Assembly (NCBI GenBank): GCA_038998335.1
Contig: JAVZHQ010000001.1
Coordinates: 672,609-736,608, forward strand
Reading direction: 5' to 3'
Length of the DNA stretch: 64,000 bases
Source: Candidatus Aenigmatarchaeota archaeon
Lineage (GTDB): Archaea; Aenigmatarchaeota; Aenigmatarchaeia; CG10238-14; SCSR01
In this document: piece by piece, positions 9,775 through 17,444 of the stretch
Numbering within the stretch: the first letter of the stretch is position 1
How the letters are laid out: every line of letters begins with the position of its first letter
Made by a program: the position numbers and the translations under genes
The notes under the pieces: generated by a model
Databases searched by the model: none
Told to the model about the DNA's origin: nothing
Seen by the model: the letters and a program-made list of their open reading frames with translations, nothing else

Positions 9775-11109
9775 ATGGCAAAATGCCCTTATTGTGGTTC
9801 AGAAAAAACCACATCTTACAAAACACCAGAAGGAGAAAAGGGTCATTATTGCTATGATTGCAAAAGAGAATTTAAAACTATAGGAGATAAAATTCTAACC
9901 GGAATTTTTAAAAAGAAAGAAACAAAAAAAGAAGGCGAGGAAGGAAAAAAGAAAGAGAAAAGAACTTCTATAATTCCTGCTTTGTTTCTTTTAGCTGCTC
10001 TTGTAATAACTTTTCTTGTTCCTCTTGACCATACAACAAAAACTCTTATTGTTGCAGCAATGGGTATATTTGTAATGGTGGTTTATGGTTTTTTCAGTCT
10101 TGCAAGCTTTGGGTTTATAATCTTAATAATTTACTTGGTTTTTAACTTGCCAGTAGTACATGCTGAACTTGAAAAATATGAAGTTTATGAGCATTTTAAA
10201 AGAATTCAGCAAGAGTTTTGCATAGGCACTTGCATTTTATCAAATGCTTTTTATACAAGAGCAGACCCAAGGGCTTATTGTGAATCTCAATGTGGAGTTG
10301 TTCAAATAAGTAAAGTAGCAGGAGCTTGCACAGAATGCTTAACTTATGAAAAGTATGAAAGAATATACCCTGCAAGAGAAGGTTCTTCTGAAATCGTTGA
10401 TATAAACTTGAAAATGGCAAAATCGAACACGATAGCAAAAAATGTTTGGGTTGAAGTCTTTACTGATAAAGAAAATTTACCTGCAGAAATAAGTAAATGC
10501 AGCTTTAGCGAAACTTGCGAGCTTAGAAGTGAGGAAGAAAAAAGAGTAATAGCTACTTTTAATGAGAATGATGTGAAATGTGAAGGCTCTTTTTTCAAGT
10601 ACAGAATAAAAGTTGGCTATGATTTTGAAACAAAATCAGACAACTCTTTTGATTTGGTAAAAGAGTTTACAGGAACTATAACTGAAATTAAAAGTCCATC
10701 CTCAGAAGGGCCTTTAAGCGTAAGTATAGGAGGGCAAAAATACTATGTAGTTGGAGAAGATGATTATGCCTATATTTCAATATATGTTTCAAACGAAGGA
10801 AAAGGTTCTGTTAAAATTAAAGAGATAAAAGTTTATCAAATTCCACCATACGGACAAGAAGAATTAAGCTTTACTTATGATTGTACAAAAGGCTATATTT
10901 TCAGTAAAGCCGATTACTATTATTCAGAAAAAACTTTAACTGTTAGTGGAACTATTTCTTCACTTGGAAAAAATGAAAAGGATGCTATAATTTGCAAGTT
11001 TTCACTTCCTAGCGACATTCCTTCTTCAAGGCTAACTTACAGTTTTAAAGCAGAAGTAAGTTATTCTTATGAGCTAGAGAATAGCTACAGTATACCATGC
11101 AAAAAATAG
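9775..11109 (+). CDS. Membrane protein with N-terminal cytoplasmic zinc ribbon (CPYCG..17..CYDCK), 2-3 TM helices and a large Cys-rich, beta-rich extracellular domain
   Basis: CxxC..CxxC at residues 4-29; Lys/Glu linker; TM segments IIPALFLLAALVITFLV / LIVAAMGIFVMVVYGFF / FIILIIYLVFNL; ATG start. Confidence 0.5.
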   Translation: MAKCPYCGSEKTTSYKTPEGEKGHYCYDCKREFKTIGDKILTGIFKKKETKKEGEEGKKKEKRTSIIPALFLLAALVITFLVPLDHTTKTLIVAAMGIFVMVVYGFFSLASFGFIILIIYLVFNLPVVHAELEKYEVYEHFKRIQQEFCIGTCILSNAFYTRADPRAYCESQCGVVQISKVAGACTECLTYEKYERIYPAREGSSEIVDINLKMAKSNTIAKNVWVEVFTDKENLPAEISKCSFSETCELRSEEEKRVIATFNENDVKCEGSFFKYRIKVGYDFETKSDNSFDLVKEFTGTITEIKSPSSEGPLSVSIGGQKYYVVGEDDYAYISIYVSNEGKGSVKIKEIKVYQIPPYGQEELSFTYDCTKGYIFSKADYYYSEKTLTVSGTISSLGKNEKDAIICKFSLPSDIPSSRLTYSFKAEVSYSYELENSYSIPCKK

Positions 11110-11110
11110 T

Positions 11111-11494
11111 TTAGCAACCACAAGCTTGTGCACATTTTTGGTAATCGGTATAACCTGCATATCTACAAACCTCATCCATAGTAACTTTTCCGTCAATTTC
11201 GCCTAAAATACCATCTATACATCTCGTGTTTGGGATTAAAGCTAGAGGAACTGTGTAATTTACATTTGACTTACCGTCAGACTTGCAATTAGTTGACCAA
11301 GCTTTACATGCTGTTTTAAAGATTGTTTCAGGATCAGAACAAGGTGGACAGCATACGATGTACCACCACCAGATAGCCCCTATAAAGAAAACTAAACATA
11401 TAACAAAAATAAAACAATAGAAAATCTTAAGAATAGTTTTTACTCTGTTGTGCAAATGAAAAGGTGCTAACCTCCACAACATTTTTGTCGGCAA
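11111..11494 (-). CDS. Cys-rich membrane-anchored protein with EF-hand-like Ca-binding loop, paralog of 11467..11781
   Basis: TM ILKIFYCFIFVICLVFFIGAIWWWYIV then CCPPCSDPE...ALIPNTRCIDGILGEIDGKVTMDEVCRYAG aligning with neighbour; N-terminus/start uncertain (28-nt overlap with upstream gene). Confidence 0.4.
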   Translation of the reverse strand: MPTKMLWRLAPFHLHNRVKTILKIFYCFIFVICLVFFIGAIWWWYIVCCPPCSDPETIFKTACKAWSTNCKSDGKSNVNYTVPLALIPNTRCIDGILGEIDGKVTMDEVCRYAGYTDYQKCAQACGC

Positions 11495-11781
11495 TCTGAT
11501 ACTCCAGCATAACTACAGGCTTCTTCCATTGTTACCTTACCATCACCATCAATATCTACACATCTTGTGTCTGGAATTAAAGCTGGAGGAACTATGTAAT
11601 CAGCTGGGTTATCCTGACAGTGGGAAGTTGCCCAACCTCTACAGGCTTGGGTAATGACATACTCTGGATCAGGGCAATGTGGGAAAAACCACAGATACCA
11701 AACAACTACTGCAAGCAAAACAACTACTGCAATTATCAGAATCACAAGATATTCAACTGGTAAAGCAATTCCTTTGCTCAT
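11467..11781 (-). CDS. Pilin-like (class III signal peptide) Cys-rich protein with canonical EF-hand/dockerin-like loop DIDGDGKVTMEE
   Basis: MSKG|IALPVEYLVILIIAVVVLLAVVVWYLWFF (KG then hydrophobic helix with Glu); C-terminal domain with 9 Cys and 12-residue DxDxDGxVxxxE loop. Confidence 0.5.
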   Translation of the reverse strand: MSKGIALPVEYLVILIIAVVVLLAVVVWYLWFFPHCPDPEYVITQACRGWATSHCQDNPADYIVPPALIPDTRCVDIDGDGKVTMEEACSYAGVSDCRQKCCGG

Positions 11782-11812
11782 AAAATAAATTTCGATTTTT
11801 TTATTCTTAAAG

Positions 11813-12277
11813 CTAAGCTTTTATTTCATAAGCTATCTCAGAAACAGTCTCGGCAGAAAAGTCAAGCATACCAGCTTGAGAATATTTTTCAGCGGAAAAT
11901 TTTAATCTTACGATAACTTTTGTCAAATCGGAATTGAAATCCAGAGAAATCTTTTCCAACTTAATTGAAGATTCTAATGGTATAGGATCAAAATTTTCGT
12001 TCAATCTTTCTAAAAAGGTTTGCCTTAAGCTATCATCGTTTTTCAAATCATCAAATGTTATGCCCATATCTGAAAGTGTTTTTTCAAAAGAAAACTTTAA
12101 AGCTTGTTTAGCGTTTAGCTTTGCAAACTCTATTTTATTTATAAGGTTGTAAACTCTAGAAACATAGTCAGAAAATTCGCATTCTTGGCTAAGCCTGCTT
12201 GCAAGGAAAAAATCAACTAAAACAAAAATTACTAGCACCACAACAAAACCAGCAAGATATTTTACGTATCCTTTCAT
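11813..12277 (-). CDS. Pilin-like protein (class III signal peptide-like N-terminus), 154 aa
   Basis: MKG|YVKYLAGFVVVLVIFVLVDFFL; in-operon position, 4-nt gap to next gene. Confidence 0.45.
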   Translation of the reverse strand: MKGYVKYLAGFVVVLVIFVLVDFFLASRLSQECEFSDYVSRVYNLINKIEFAKLNAKQALKFSFEKTLSDMGITFDDLKNDDSLRQTFLERLNENFDPIPLESSIKLEKISLDFNSDLTKVIVRLKFSAEKYSQAGMLDFSAETVSEIAYEIKA

Positions 12278-12281
12278 TCTT

Positions 12282-12833
12282 TCACCCTGTAACCAAAATT
12301 ACTTTTAACTTTTGAAGGTTTGGTAAAGTTAAAGTAGTGTATGAAGAATACCTTCCACCAAACTGAAAGTAAGTTAGCATACTTCCAAGGTTGCAAGGGT
12401 TATACTCTTTAGTTTCTATTTCAGAATTGCCAAATTCAAGGATATTCTCCTCTTCGTTTCTCACAGCAAGGTAATAATCCCTATTCGGAATGATTGTTTC
12501 CATCTTGGTTCTAATTAATTCTTCTAAATCAATTTCATTATTATCAACAACAATTCTTTTACTTTTTTCAAGAGCACCATAAGCCAAAAGCTCTTGAACT
12601 TGCTTGTTTGTTTTTGTTTCAGTTGAACCTAAAAGAGTGAACAAAGCATGGTCTGAGGTTAAAGGGGTGTGAAGCGGGCTTAAAGTAACTTTAACTGTTA
12701 CTGGAGCATGTAACCAGCCGTGAGTAAGTCCGGAAACATACTGCCAGCCCCATAAAAAGTTTGGCAAAAGCATAAGTATTATGAAGCATGTTAGTACTAC
12801 TATCGCAAAAAGAATAGCCTCAGTTACAGCCAT
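12282..12833 (-). CDS. Pilin-like / pilus-associated protein with N-terminal hydrophobic helix, 183 aa
   Basis: MAVTEAILFAIVVLTCFIILMLL N-terminus; tight operon spacing. Confidence 0.4.
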   Translation of the reverse strand: MAVTEAILFAIVVLTCFIILMLLPNFLWGWQYVSGLTHGWLHAPVTVKVTLSPLHTPLTSDHALFTLLGSTETKTNKQVQELLAYGALEKSKRIVVDNNEIDLEELIRTKMETIIPNRDYYLAVRNEEENILEFGNSEIETKEYNPCNLGSMLTYFQFGGRYSSYTTLTLPNLQKLKVILVTG

Positions 12834-12837
12834 TCCT

Positions 12838-13269
12838 CTAATAAATTCCCACCTCCATTCTTCCTTCTACAAACTTATCAGGATATTTTATTAAAACAGG
12901 GTAGGATAAAGTATCTTCTATCTCAAAACCTTTTGAGCCTATAACCCAATGGCCGTTCTCACTGTCTGTAATTTCGACATAGAAGTTTTTCTTGAAAGAA
13001 ATGCTGCAGCTAGGATTTGAATCTAGTTTGCTTTTATCAAAAACTCCACGCCAGTTATTGCCGTTTTCCTTATAAACCAAGCATTCATGATTTAAAAGAT
13101 TCTCCATCAAATCTATAAGATATCTCGCATCTTCTCTTGCCTCAAAAGTTACTTGGTATTGCATAACCCCTAACAAACAGCCTAGAATTGTCATGGTCAG
13201 AAGAAGAAAAGAAATAACTTTAAGCATAACCTCTGGTGGAATTGAAACCTGACCTTTCAGGAAAGCCAA
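12838..13269 (-). CDS. Pilin-like protein (class III signal peptide-like: KGQ then hydrophobic helix), 143 aa
   Basis: MAFLKG|QVSIPPEVMLKVISFLLLTMTILGCLLGV. Confidence 0.45.
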   Translation of the reverse strand: MAFLKGQVSIPPEVMLKVISFLLLTMTILGCLLGVMQYQVTFEAREDARYLIDLMENLLNHECLVYKENGNNWRGVFDKSKLDSNPSCSISFKKNFYVEITDSENGHWVIGSKGFEIEDTLSYPVLIKYPDKFVEGRMEVGIY

Positions 13270-13721
13270 ATTTTATCACCTTCTTTTCTTGAACTAATAA
13301 AAAGGCCTTGCTCAGTGCAATATTTGTCAAACTTTTCAACGTTGATGTAATTCGGCTTAACTATAACAAAAGTAATTTCGGAAGTTTCCTTAATAATCAT
13401 TTCAGGACCTTCACCTTCCTCTGGCTCTATTTTCACTCCACCAGGAACTTTAAACTTTACTTTTTCTTCACTTATGTTAACAGTACATTTTGATAAACCT
13501 TTAACTCTAAATTCGAAAGAAAAGTTTCCATAAAAGCTTGAAGAAGCAGAAATTAAAGAGCTTAACCTTTGAGCGTTAGCCCTTGCATCGTAAAAACCCA
13601 TGCTTGTGGCTATTCCTACTCCACCGTAAAGAATAACATAAATCAAGACTAAAGCAACTATTATTCCGCCAATGAACATCATAAAATAGGTTGTGAATAA
13701 GGAACCTTTTACCATGAGCAT
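13257..13721 (-). CDS. Pilin-like protein (class III signal peptide-like), ~154 aa from internal ATG
   Basis: Longest ORF (to 13880) overlaps upstream gene by 172 nt; internal starts ATG 13721/13715 give M(LM)VKG|SLFTTYFMMFIGGIIVALVLIYVIL immediately after the upstream stop (13709..13711). Confidence 0.45.
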   Translation of the reverse strand: MLMVKGSLFTTYFMMFIGGIIVALVLIYVILYGGVGIATSMGFYDARANAQRLSSLISASSSFYGNFSFEFRVKGLSKCTVNISEEKVKFKVPGGVKIEPEEGEGPEMIIKETSEITFVIVKPNYINVEKFDKYCTEQGLFISSRKEGDKIWLS

Positions 13722-15910
13722 TCGCCAAAATTGCTTGCCCCCATTATATTTTGAGGAATGTAAGGATAGTTTACAACCAGGTCTCTTGTTACATCTATAA
13801 ATAACCTTACAGCATTTCCTAAGAATCCGCACACTGATTTTATCTTGTCGGCATCCGGCACTAGCCCAAGAGTTAAACATTTAACTATATCCATCCAATT
13901 TAAAGCTATTTCGGTAGGTAAGAATAAACTGCAAACTATAGCTGTAATGCAATCACCAAACCAAGCAGCAGCTTCTGCACCTACATAAAAATTAACAACT
14001 CCTTCTGTAGCATAGCAGTAATTCGGAACATCCTTAAACTCTTCTGGTTTTGTTTCGTCTGTGCAAAGAATCGGTTTGACATAAACAGTATCAGGCTCAT
14101 TACCACTAACATAAAGACGTAATTTTGCAAAGCAGGGACTTACCAAATAAAATCTGGGGTTTGATGCAACCACAGAATTTCTTTCTAATTTAATATTTTT
14201 AATTCCCCTTTCTTTGCAACTTTCTGGAAGAGGAAGTCTTGTGACATGATACCCTTTTTGCAAACAAATATAACCTTCTCCACAATAAGTTCCTGTTGTT
14301 GTATAATAAGAAATTTGTTTATCCCAATAAGTTGCACCTATAGGAGTATACATGTCTTGAAAACGAAGCCAAATATAGCCATAAGGTTCTAATTTTTCTT
14401 TTACACCTTCTACAAGATGGTATAAAGTTCCTTTTTTCGCATGAAAAAGATACTTTGCTTCTTTTGGGTCATTAGGTACTTCTTTAAGGTATTCCATAAA
14501 TTTATCACCAAGAACTTCATCAGAAGATAAACCATAATTTTTTATCAAACCTAAAAGTTTAGAATCCTTTGGCATAAGCAGAACACTTCCATCATCAGCC
14601 ATATGCCTTAGCTTTTCGGCAAATTCTATCATAAATTTTTGGGCCTCTTTTTTTGAAGTAACATCAACAGGAAGACCTTCTTTCATCATAGTCTCAACAA
14701 CTTCCCAAGATAATTCTTCATCGTATTTACCAACATACTCTAATTGATTGGCAAGAGTATGCAAACCTTTACCAGCCATAGCCTCGTCCCCAAAAGCTTC
14801 ACCAATTCTTGCTTTTAAAGAATTCCAACCTTCAGAAATTCTTTCCTTGATTCTTTGTCTTAAACTATTTTCGTCTATTTCTATATCCCCACTCTCTGTA
14901 AATATAACTCCGGCTAGATTTTCTGTCCCACCACGCTCTCCAGCTAATATGTATAAAGCATCTTTTACTTCCTTCCCTTCATTTGTACTGATATCAACAA
15001 CCCATTTAACTCCAACTTTTTTAACTTTACCTTGAGTCTGTAGGTCATACATTACACTTTCGAAACCTTCGTCTGCTGTTTCTTCATAAACTCTTGAAAA
15101 TTCTTCTGCAAGCTTCATTGACCTTGAAATTCTTGCTCTTTCAGCAAGTTTTGAAACAGCTTTTGGAATAATTATACTTGCTGTCCTTAAAGCTGGATAA
15201 ACCCATGCAGCATAATAAGCACATTCTCCCAAAGTTAAATCTGTTAATGAAAGACAAACTAATGTTGTAGCTATAGTAACTTCTGCAAAATGTTTAGCCT
15301 CTGTGATGATTACTTTTCCTGCTTTAACCACTATCTTACCAGAGTCTATTAATTTTTTAATTTTTTCATGAGCTACTTTAAAAGCTTCTATTCTTCCTGC
15401 TGCTTTTCCAAATGCATCTTTTATCTTGCTATAACCTGGGCTCATTCCTAGATATAGCATATCTATAGTAAGAGTTACCATCATGTTAGAAGTCCAGGGT
15501 GTGTCTTCTGACCAAGGAATAACCAAAGCTGAAATTGGATCTTGAACTCTTACATTATTAATATAAGTTTCCCACATAGACCATGAATACGAAGGAAATT
15601 CCTCATAATAAACATAAAAGTAAGGATCTGAACCTAAGTTTGCTCCTGAAATTCCTAAGAACTGATGAGTTAAACCTTTTAATCCTGTACTTTGGGCAAG
15701 CATAAAGTTTGTGTAGGCTTCGCCATTTTGACAAGCCAGATCTAAAGCATTGTAAAGTTTTGCAAAATTTTGATCTGCTATATTTTCATAGTAATTCTGA
15801 AAAAGGAATAGATAAATTGCAAAAGCTATTCCTATAGCTATTAACAAGCCTGCCAAAAACTTTAGCATTTGAGCACTTATAGTTAAACCTTTCATTTTAT
15901 ACAACCACAA
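13709..15910 (-). CDS. Large (733 aa) protein with class III signal peptide-like N-terminus; candidate pilus tip/minor pilin-adhesin
   Basis: MWLYKMKG|LTISAQMLKFLAGLLIAIGIAFAIYLFLF then ~700 aa soluble domain with several Cys; in pilus operon. Confidence 0.5.
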   Translation of the reverse strand: MWLYKMKGLTISAQMLKFLAGLLIAIGIAFAIYLFLFQNYYENIADQNFAKLYNALDLACQNGEAYTNFMLAQSTGLKGLTHQFLGISGANLGSDPYFYVYYEEFPSYSWSMWETYINNVRVQDPISALVIPWSEDTPWTSNMMVTLTIDMLYLGMSPGYSKIKDAFGKAAGRIEAFKVAHEKIKKLIDSGKIVVKAGKVIITEAKHFAEVTIATTLVCLSLTDLTLGECAYYAAWVYPALRTASIIIPKAVSKLAERARISRSMKLAEEFSRVYEETADEGFESVMYDLQTQGKVKKVGVKWVVDISTNEGKEVKDALYILAGERGGTENLAGVIFTESGDIEIDENSLRQRIKERISEGWNSLKARIGEAFGDEAMAGKGLHTLANQLEYVGKYDEELSWEVVETMMKEGLPVDVTSKKEAQKFMIEFAEKLRHMADDGSVLLMPKDSKLLGLIKNYGLSSDEVLGDKFMEYLKEVPNDPKEAKYLFHAKKGTLYHLVEGVKEKLEPYGYIWLRFQDMYTPIGATYWDKQISYYTTTGTYCGEGYICLQKGYHVTRLPLPESCKERGIKNIKLERNSVVASNPRFYLVSPCFAKLRLYVSGNEPDTVYVKPILCTDETKPEEFKDVPNYCYATEGVVNFYVGAEAAAWFGDCITAIVCSLFLPTEIALNWMDIVKCLTLGLVPDADKIKSVCGFLGNAVRLFIDVTRDLVVNYPYIPQNIMGASNFGECSW

Positions 15911-16200
15911 TGTCTAAAAAACTCTTCTGCACTATAGCCTGCATCACTTCTTATTTGATCTAAAGAACAACCATAAACATCGTTAATCATCTTTATATCA
16001 TCCTCATCCATATCACGATCATTATCAACATCGCATCCTCTGTTCCTCAATTCCAAACATCCTAACTCAACCAAAGAACCACAACCTGTTTGAGGAGGAA
16101 AAAGGTACAAATAAGCTATTATCGAAACCAAAACTATAAGAGCAACTATAACTATTACTGCAGTGTTTACAGGTAAACTAATCCCCTTGATTTCCACCAC
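15892..16200 (-). CDS. Pilin-like Cys-rich protein with acidic EF-hand-like loop (DVDNDRDMDEDD)
   Basis: MVEIKG|ISLPVNTAVIVIVALIVLVSIIAYLYLF; C-terminal domain with 7 Cys and DxDxDxD loop. Confidence 0.45.
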   Translation of the reverse strand: MVEIKGISLPVNTAVIVIVALIVLVSIIAYLYLFPPQTGCGSLVELGCLELRNRGCDVDNDRDMDEDDIKMINDVYGCSLDQIRSDAGYSAEEFFRHCGCIK

Positions 16201-16339
16201 CTTTTATCAAATCCCAGAACAGTTTTGTAAGATCTTCAGCCCATTTTTTTCCTGCGGTTAAGAAAATTAAAGCAACAAGAAGAATTATTGCAAAAGCTAC
16301 TATCATTACCACAACTTTAAAGCTTATTTTTCCTTTCAT
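16178..16339 (-). CDS. Unannotated mini-pilin (53 aa, below ORF-track cutoff): MKGKISFKVVVMIVAFAIILLVALIFLTAGKKWAEDLTKLFWDLIKGGGNQGD
   Basis: Hand translation, ATG 16339..16337, stop TAG 16180..16178; class III-like MKG + hydrophobic helix; 3' end overlaps start of 15892..16200 in another frame. Confidence 0.4.
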   Translation of the reverse strand: MKGKISFKVVVMIVAFAIILLVALIFLTAGKKWAEDLTKLFWDLIKGGGNQGD

Positions 16340-16346
16340 CCTAATT

Positions 16347-16472
16347 CTACCCTGGTGGGTTATATCTCCACTCCCAAAAACTTGGAAGTCTTAAAACAAC
16401 AAAAACTATGACAAAAAGAATAATCGCTGCTATTATTATTCCAATTATCAGCCATAGCATATCCTCGTCCAT
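16347..16472 (-). CDS. Possible 41-aa single-TM micro-protein (MDEDMLWLIIGIIIAAIILFVIVFVVLRLPSFWEWRYNPPG)
   Basis: Hand translation only; sits between mini-pilin genes; no further support. Confidence 0.2.
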   Translation of the reverse strand: MDEDMLWLIIGIIIAAIILFVIVFVVLRLPSFWEWRYNPPG

Positions 16473-16491
16473 TATAATCCTTAATTTTTAG

Positions 16492-16683
16492 CTACAACGT
16501 GCTACAATCAAAGTTCGGATCTGAAACTTTTCTTATAAGGCATTCTATATACTTCCCCACATTAAACAAATTGCTCAAAGCTTCAGCTCCGTAACCTCTC
16601 ACATAAAGTGCAAAAACTACAATTATTAACAAAATTATAACAGTAACTACTACTGCTATTATCACGTTCATCGGTAGTTCCAT
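16492..16683 (-). CDS. Small single-TM protein (63 aa), possible minor pilin
   Basis: MELPMNVIIAVVVTVIILLIIVVFALYV; in tandem small-gene array. Confidence 0.35.
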   Translation of the reverse strand: MELPMNVIIAVVVTVIILLIIVVFALYVRGYGAEALSNLFNVGKYIECLIRKVSDPNFDCSTL

Positions 16684-16692
16684 AATTAATAT

Positions 16693-16905
16693 TTATCCTC
16701 TTGTAAATATATCGCATACGCCTGCTATAGGGTTTCCCTTACCAAAAACTTGCTCAAAAACTTGTTTACAAAGAACAACAGCACCCTCAGCTAAATTTCT
16801 TCCTGTAACTAAACTAAAAACAAGAACTGAAACTATAATAATCGCAATAATTGCTACAATTATTCCTACTATAACCTTCCAGCTTAGTTGTATAGCTCCT
16901 TTCAT
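16693..16905 (-). CDS. Mini-pilin (70 aa), class III signal peptide-like
   Basis: MKG|AIQLSWKVIVGIIVAIIAIIIVSVLVF; C-terminal CDIF motif shared with 17089..17316. Confidence 0.55.
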   Translation of the reverse strand: MKGAIQLSWKVIVGIIVAIIAIIIVSVLVFSLVTGRNLAEGAVVLCKQVFEQVFGKGNPIAGVCDIFTRG

Positions 16906-16906
16906 T

Positions 16907-17086
16907 TTACTTCCTTTCCGTGATTTTTTTCCAAAGTTCTACTAAATCCCTAATCGTAATGTTTTTAAAAAAATTAACTATCTCGTCAGAAAGTCCTGTA
17001 GTAAAAAGCAAGATTATCAAAAAAGCAGCTATAGAAGCTATTATAATCAAAAGTACTTTCCAGTTAAGCTCTATTACACCTTTCAT
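16907..17086 (-). CDS. Mini-pilin (59 aa from MKG start), class III signal peptide-like
   Basis: Internal ATG 17086 gives MKG|VIELNWKVLLIIIASIAAFLIILL; the first 30 nt are identical to the 5' end of 17089..17316; the longest ORF would overlap the upstream stop. Confidence 0.55.
   Translation of the reverse strand: MKGVIELNWKVLLIIIASIAAFLIILLFTTGLSDEIVNFFKNITIRDLVELWKKITERK
17057..17086. repeat. 30-nt segment identical to 17287..17316 (5' ends of two tandem mini-pilin genes)
   Basis: tttccagttaagctctattacacctttcat in both; encodes MKGVIELNWK. Confidence 0.7.
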
Positions 17087-17088
17087 TC

Positions 17089-17316
17089 TTATCCTTGCGG
17101 ACATTCTTGAAATATATCACAAATTCTAAGAGCACTTGCTCCATACCCCAAAAACTGCAACTTGCTAATCAAAAGCAAGCATCCTTCCCTTGCCCCTGCA
17201 CTCAAAGCACAAGTGTTAATCATTCCAAAAAGTATCAAAATAACTATTAGTAAGAGAATTATACCTGAAATTAAAAATACCAAGATTTTCCAGTTAAGCT
17301 CTATTACACCTTTCAT
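17089..17316 (-). CDS. Mini-pilin (75 aa), class III signal peptide-like
   Basis: MKG|VIELNWKILVFLISGIILLLIVILILF; ATGA overlap with upstream 43-aa gene. Confidence 0.55.
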   Translation of the reverse strand: MKGVIELNWKILVFLISGIILLLIVILILFGMINTCALSAGAREGCLLLISKLQFLGYGASALRICDIFQECPQG

Positions 17317-17444
17317 ACAAACTCAACTTTTATTGGAATTATTTTCATGTAAAAGACTGCGATGAAAACAAAAATTAAGATTATAGCCAAGCCTATAACT
17401 ATCCAAAGCAATGTTTGAACATGACTTTCTAACACACCTTTCAT
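17313..17444 (-). CDS. Unannotated mini-pilin (43 aa): MKGVLESHVQTLLWIVIGLAIILIFVFIAVFYMKIIPIKVEFV
   Basis: Hand translation; ATG 17444..17442 overlaps TGA stop of TadC/FlaJ gene (ATGA) and its own TGA overlaps next ATG (ATGA). Confidence 0.4.
   Translation of the reverse strand: MKGVLESHVQTLLWIVIGLAIILIFVFIAVFYMKIIPIKVEFV

Noticed and set aside
11467-11781. Naming the DIDGDGKVTMEE-containing domains as bona fide dockerins or Excalibur domains
   Set aside because: Only a single 12-residue loop is visible per protein, whereas dockerins have two; Excalibur has a DxDxDGxxCE pattern. Left as EF-hand-like Ca-binding loop pending structure or HMM comparison
13722-13880. Upstream 53 codons of ORF 13257..13880, overlapping gene 13709..15910 by 172 nt
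   Set aside because: An internal ATG at 13721/13715 lies immediately after the upstream stop and yields a typical MxKG pilin leader. The long extension is Cys/Arg-rich read-through of the neighbouring gene in another frame
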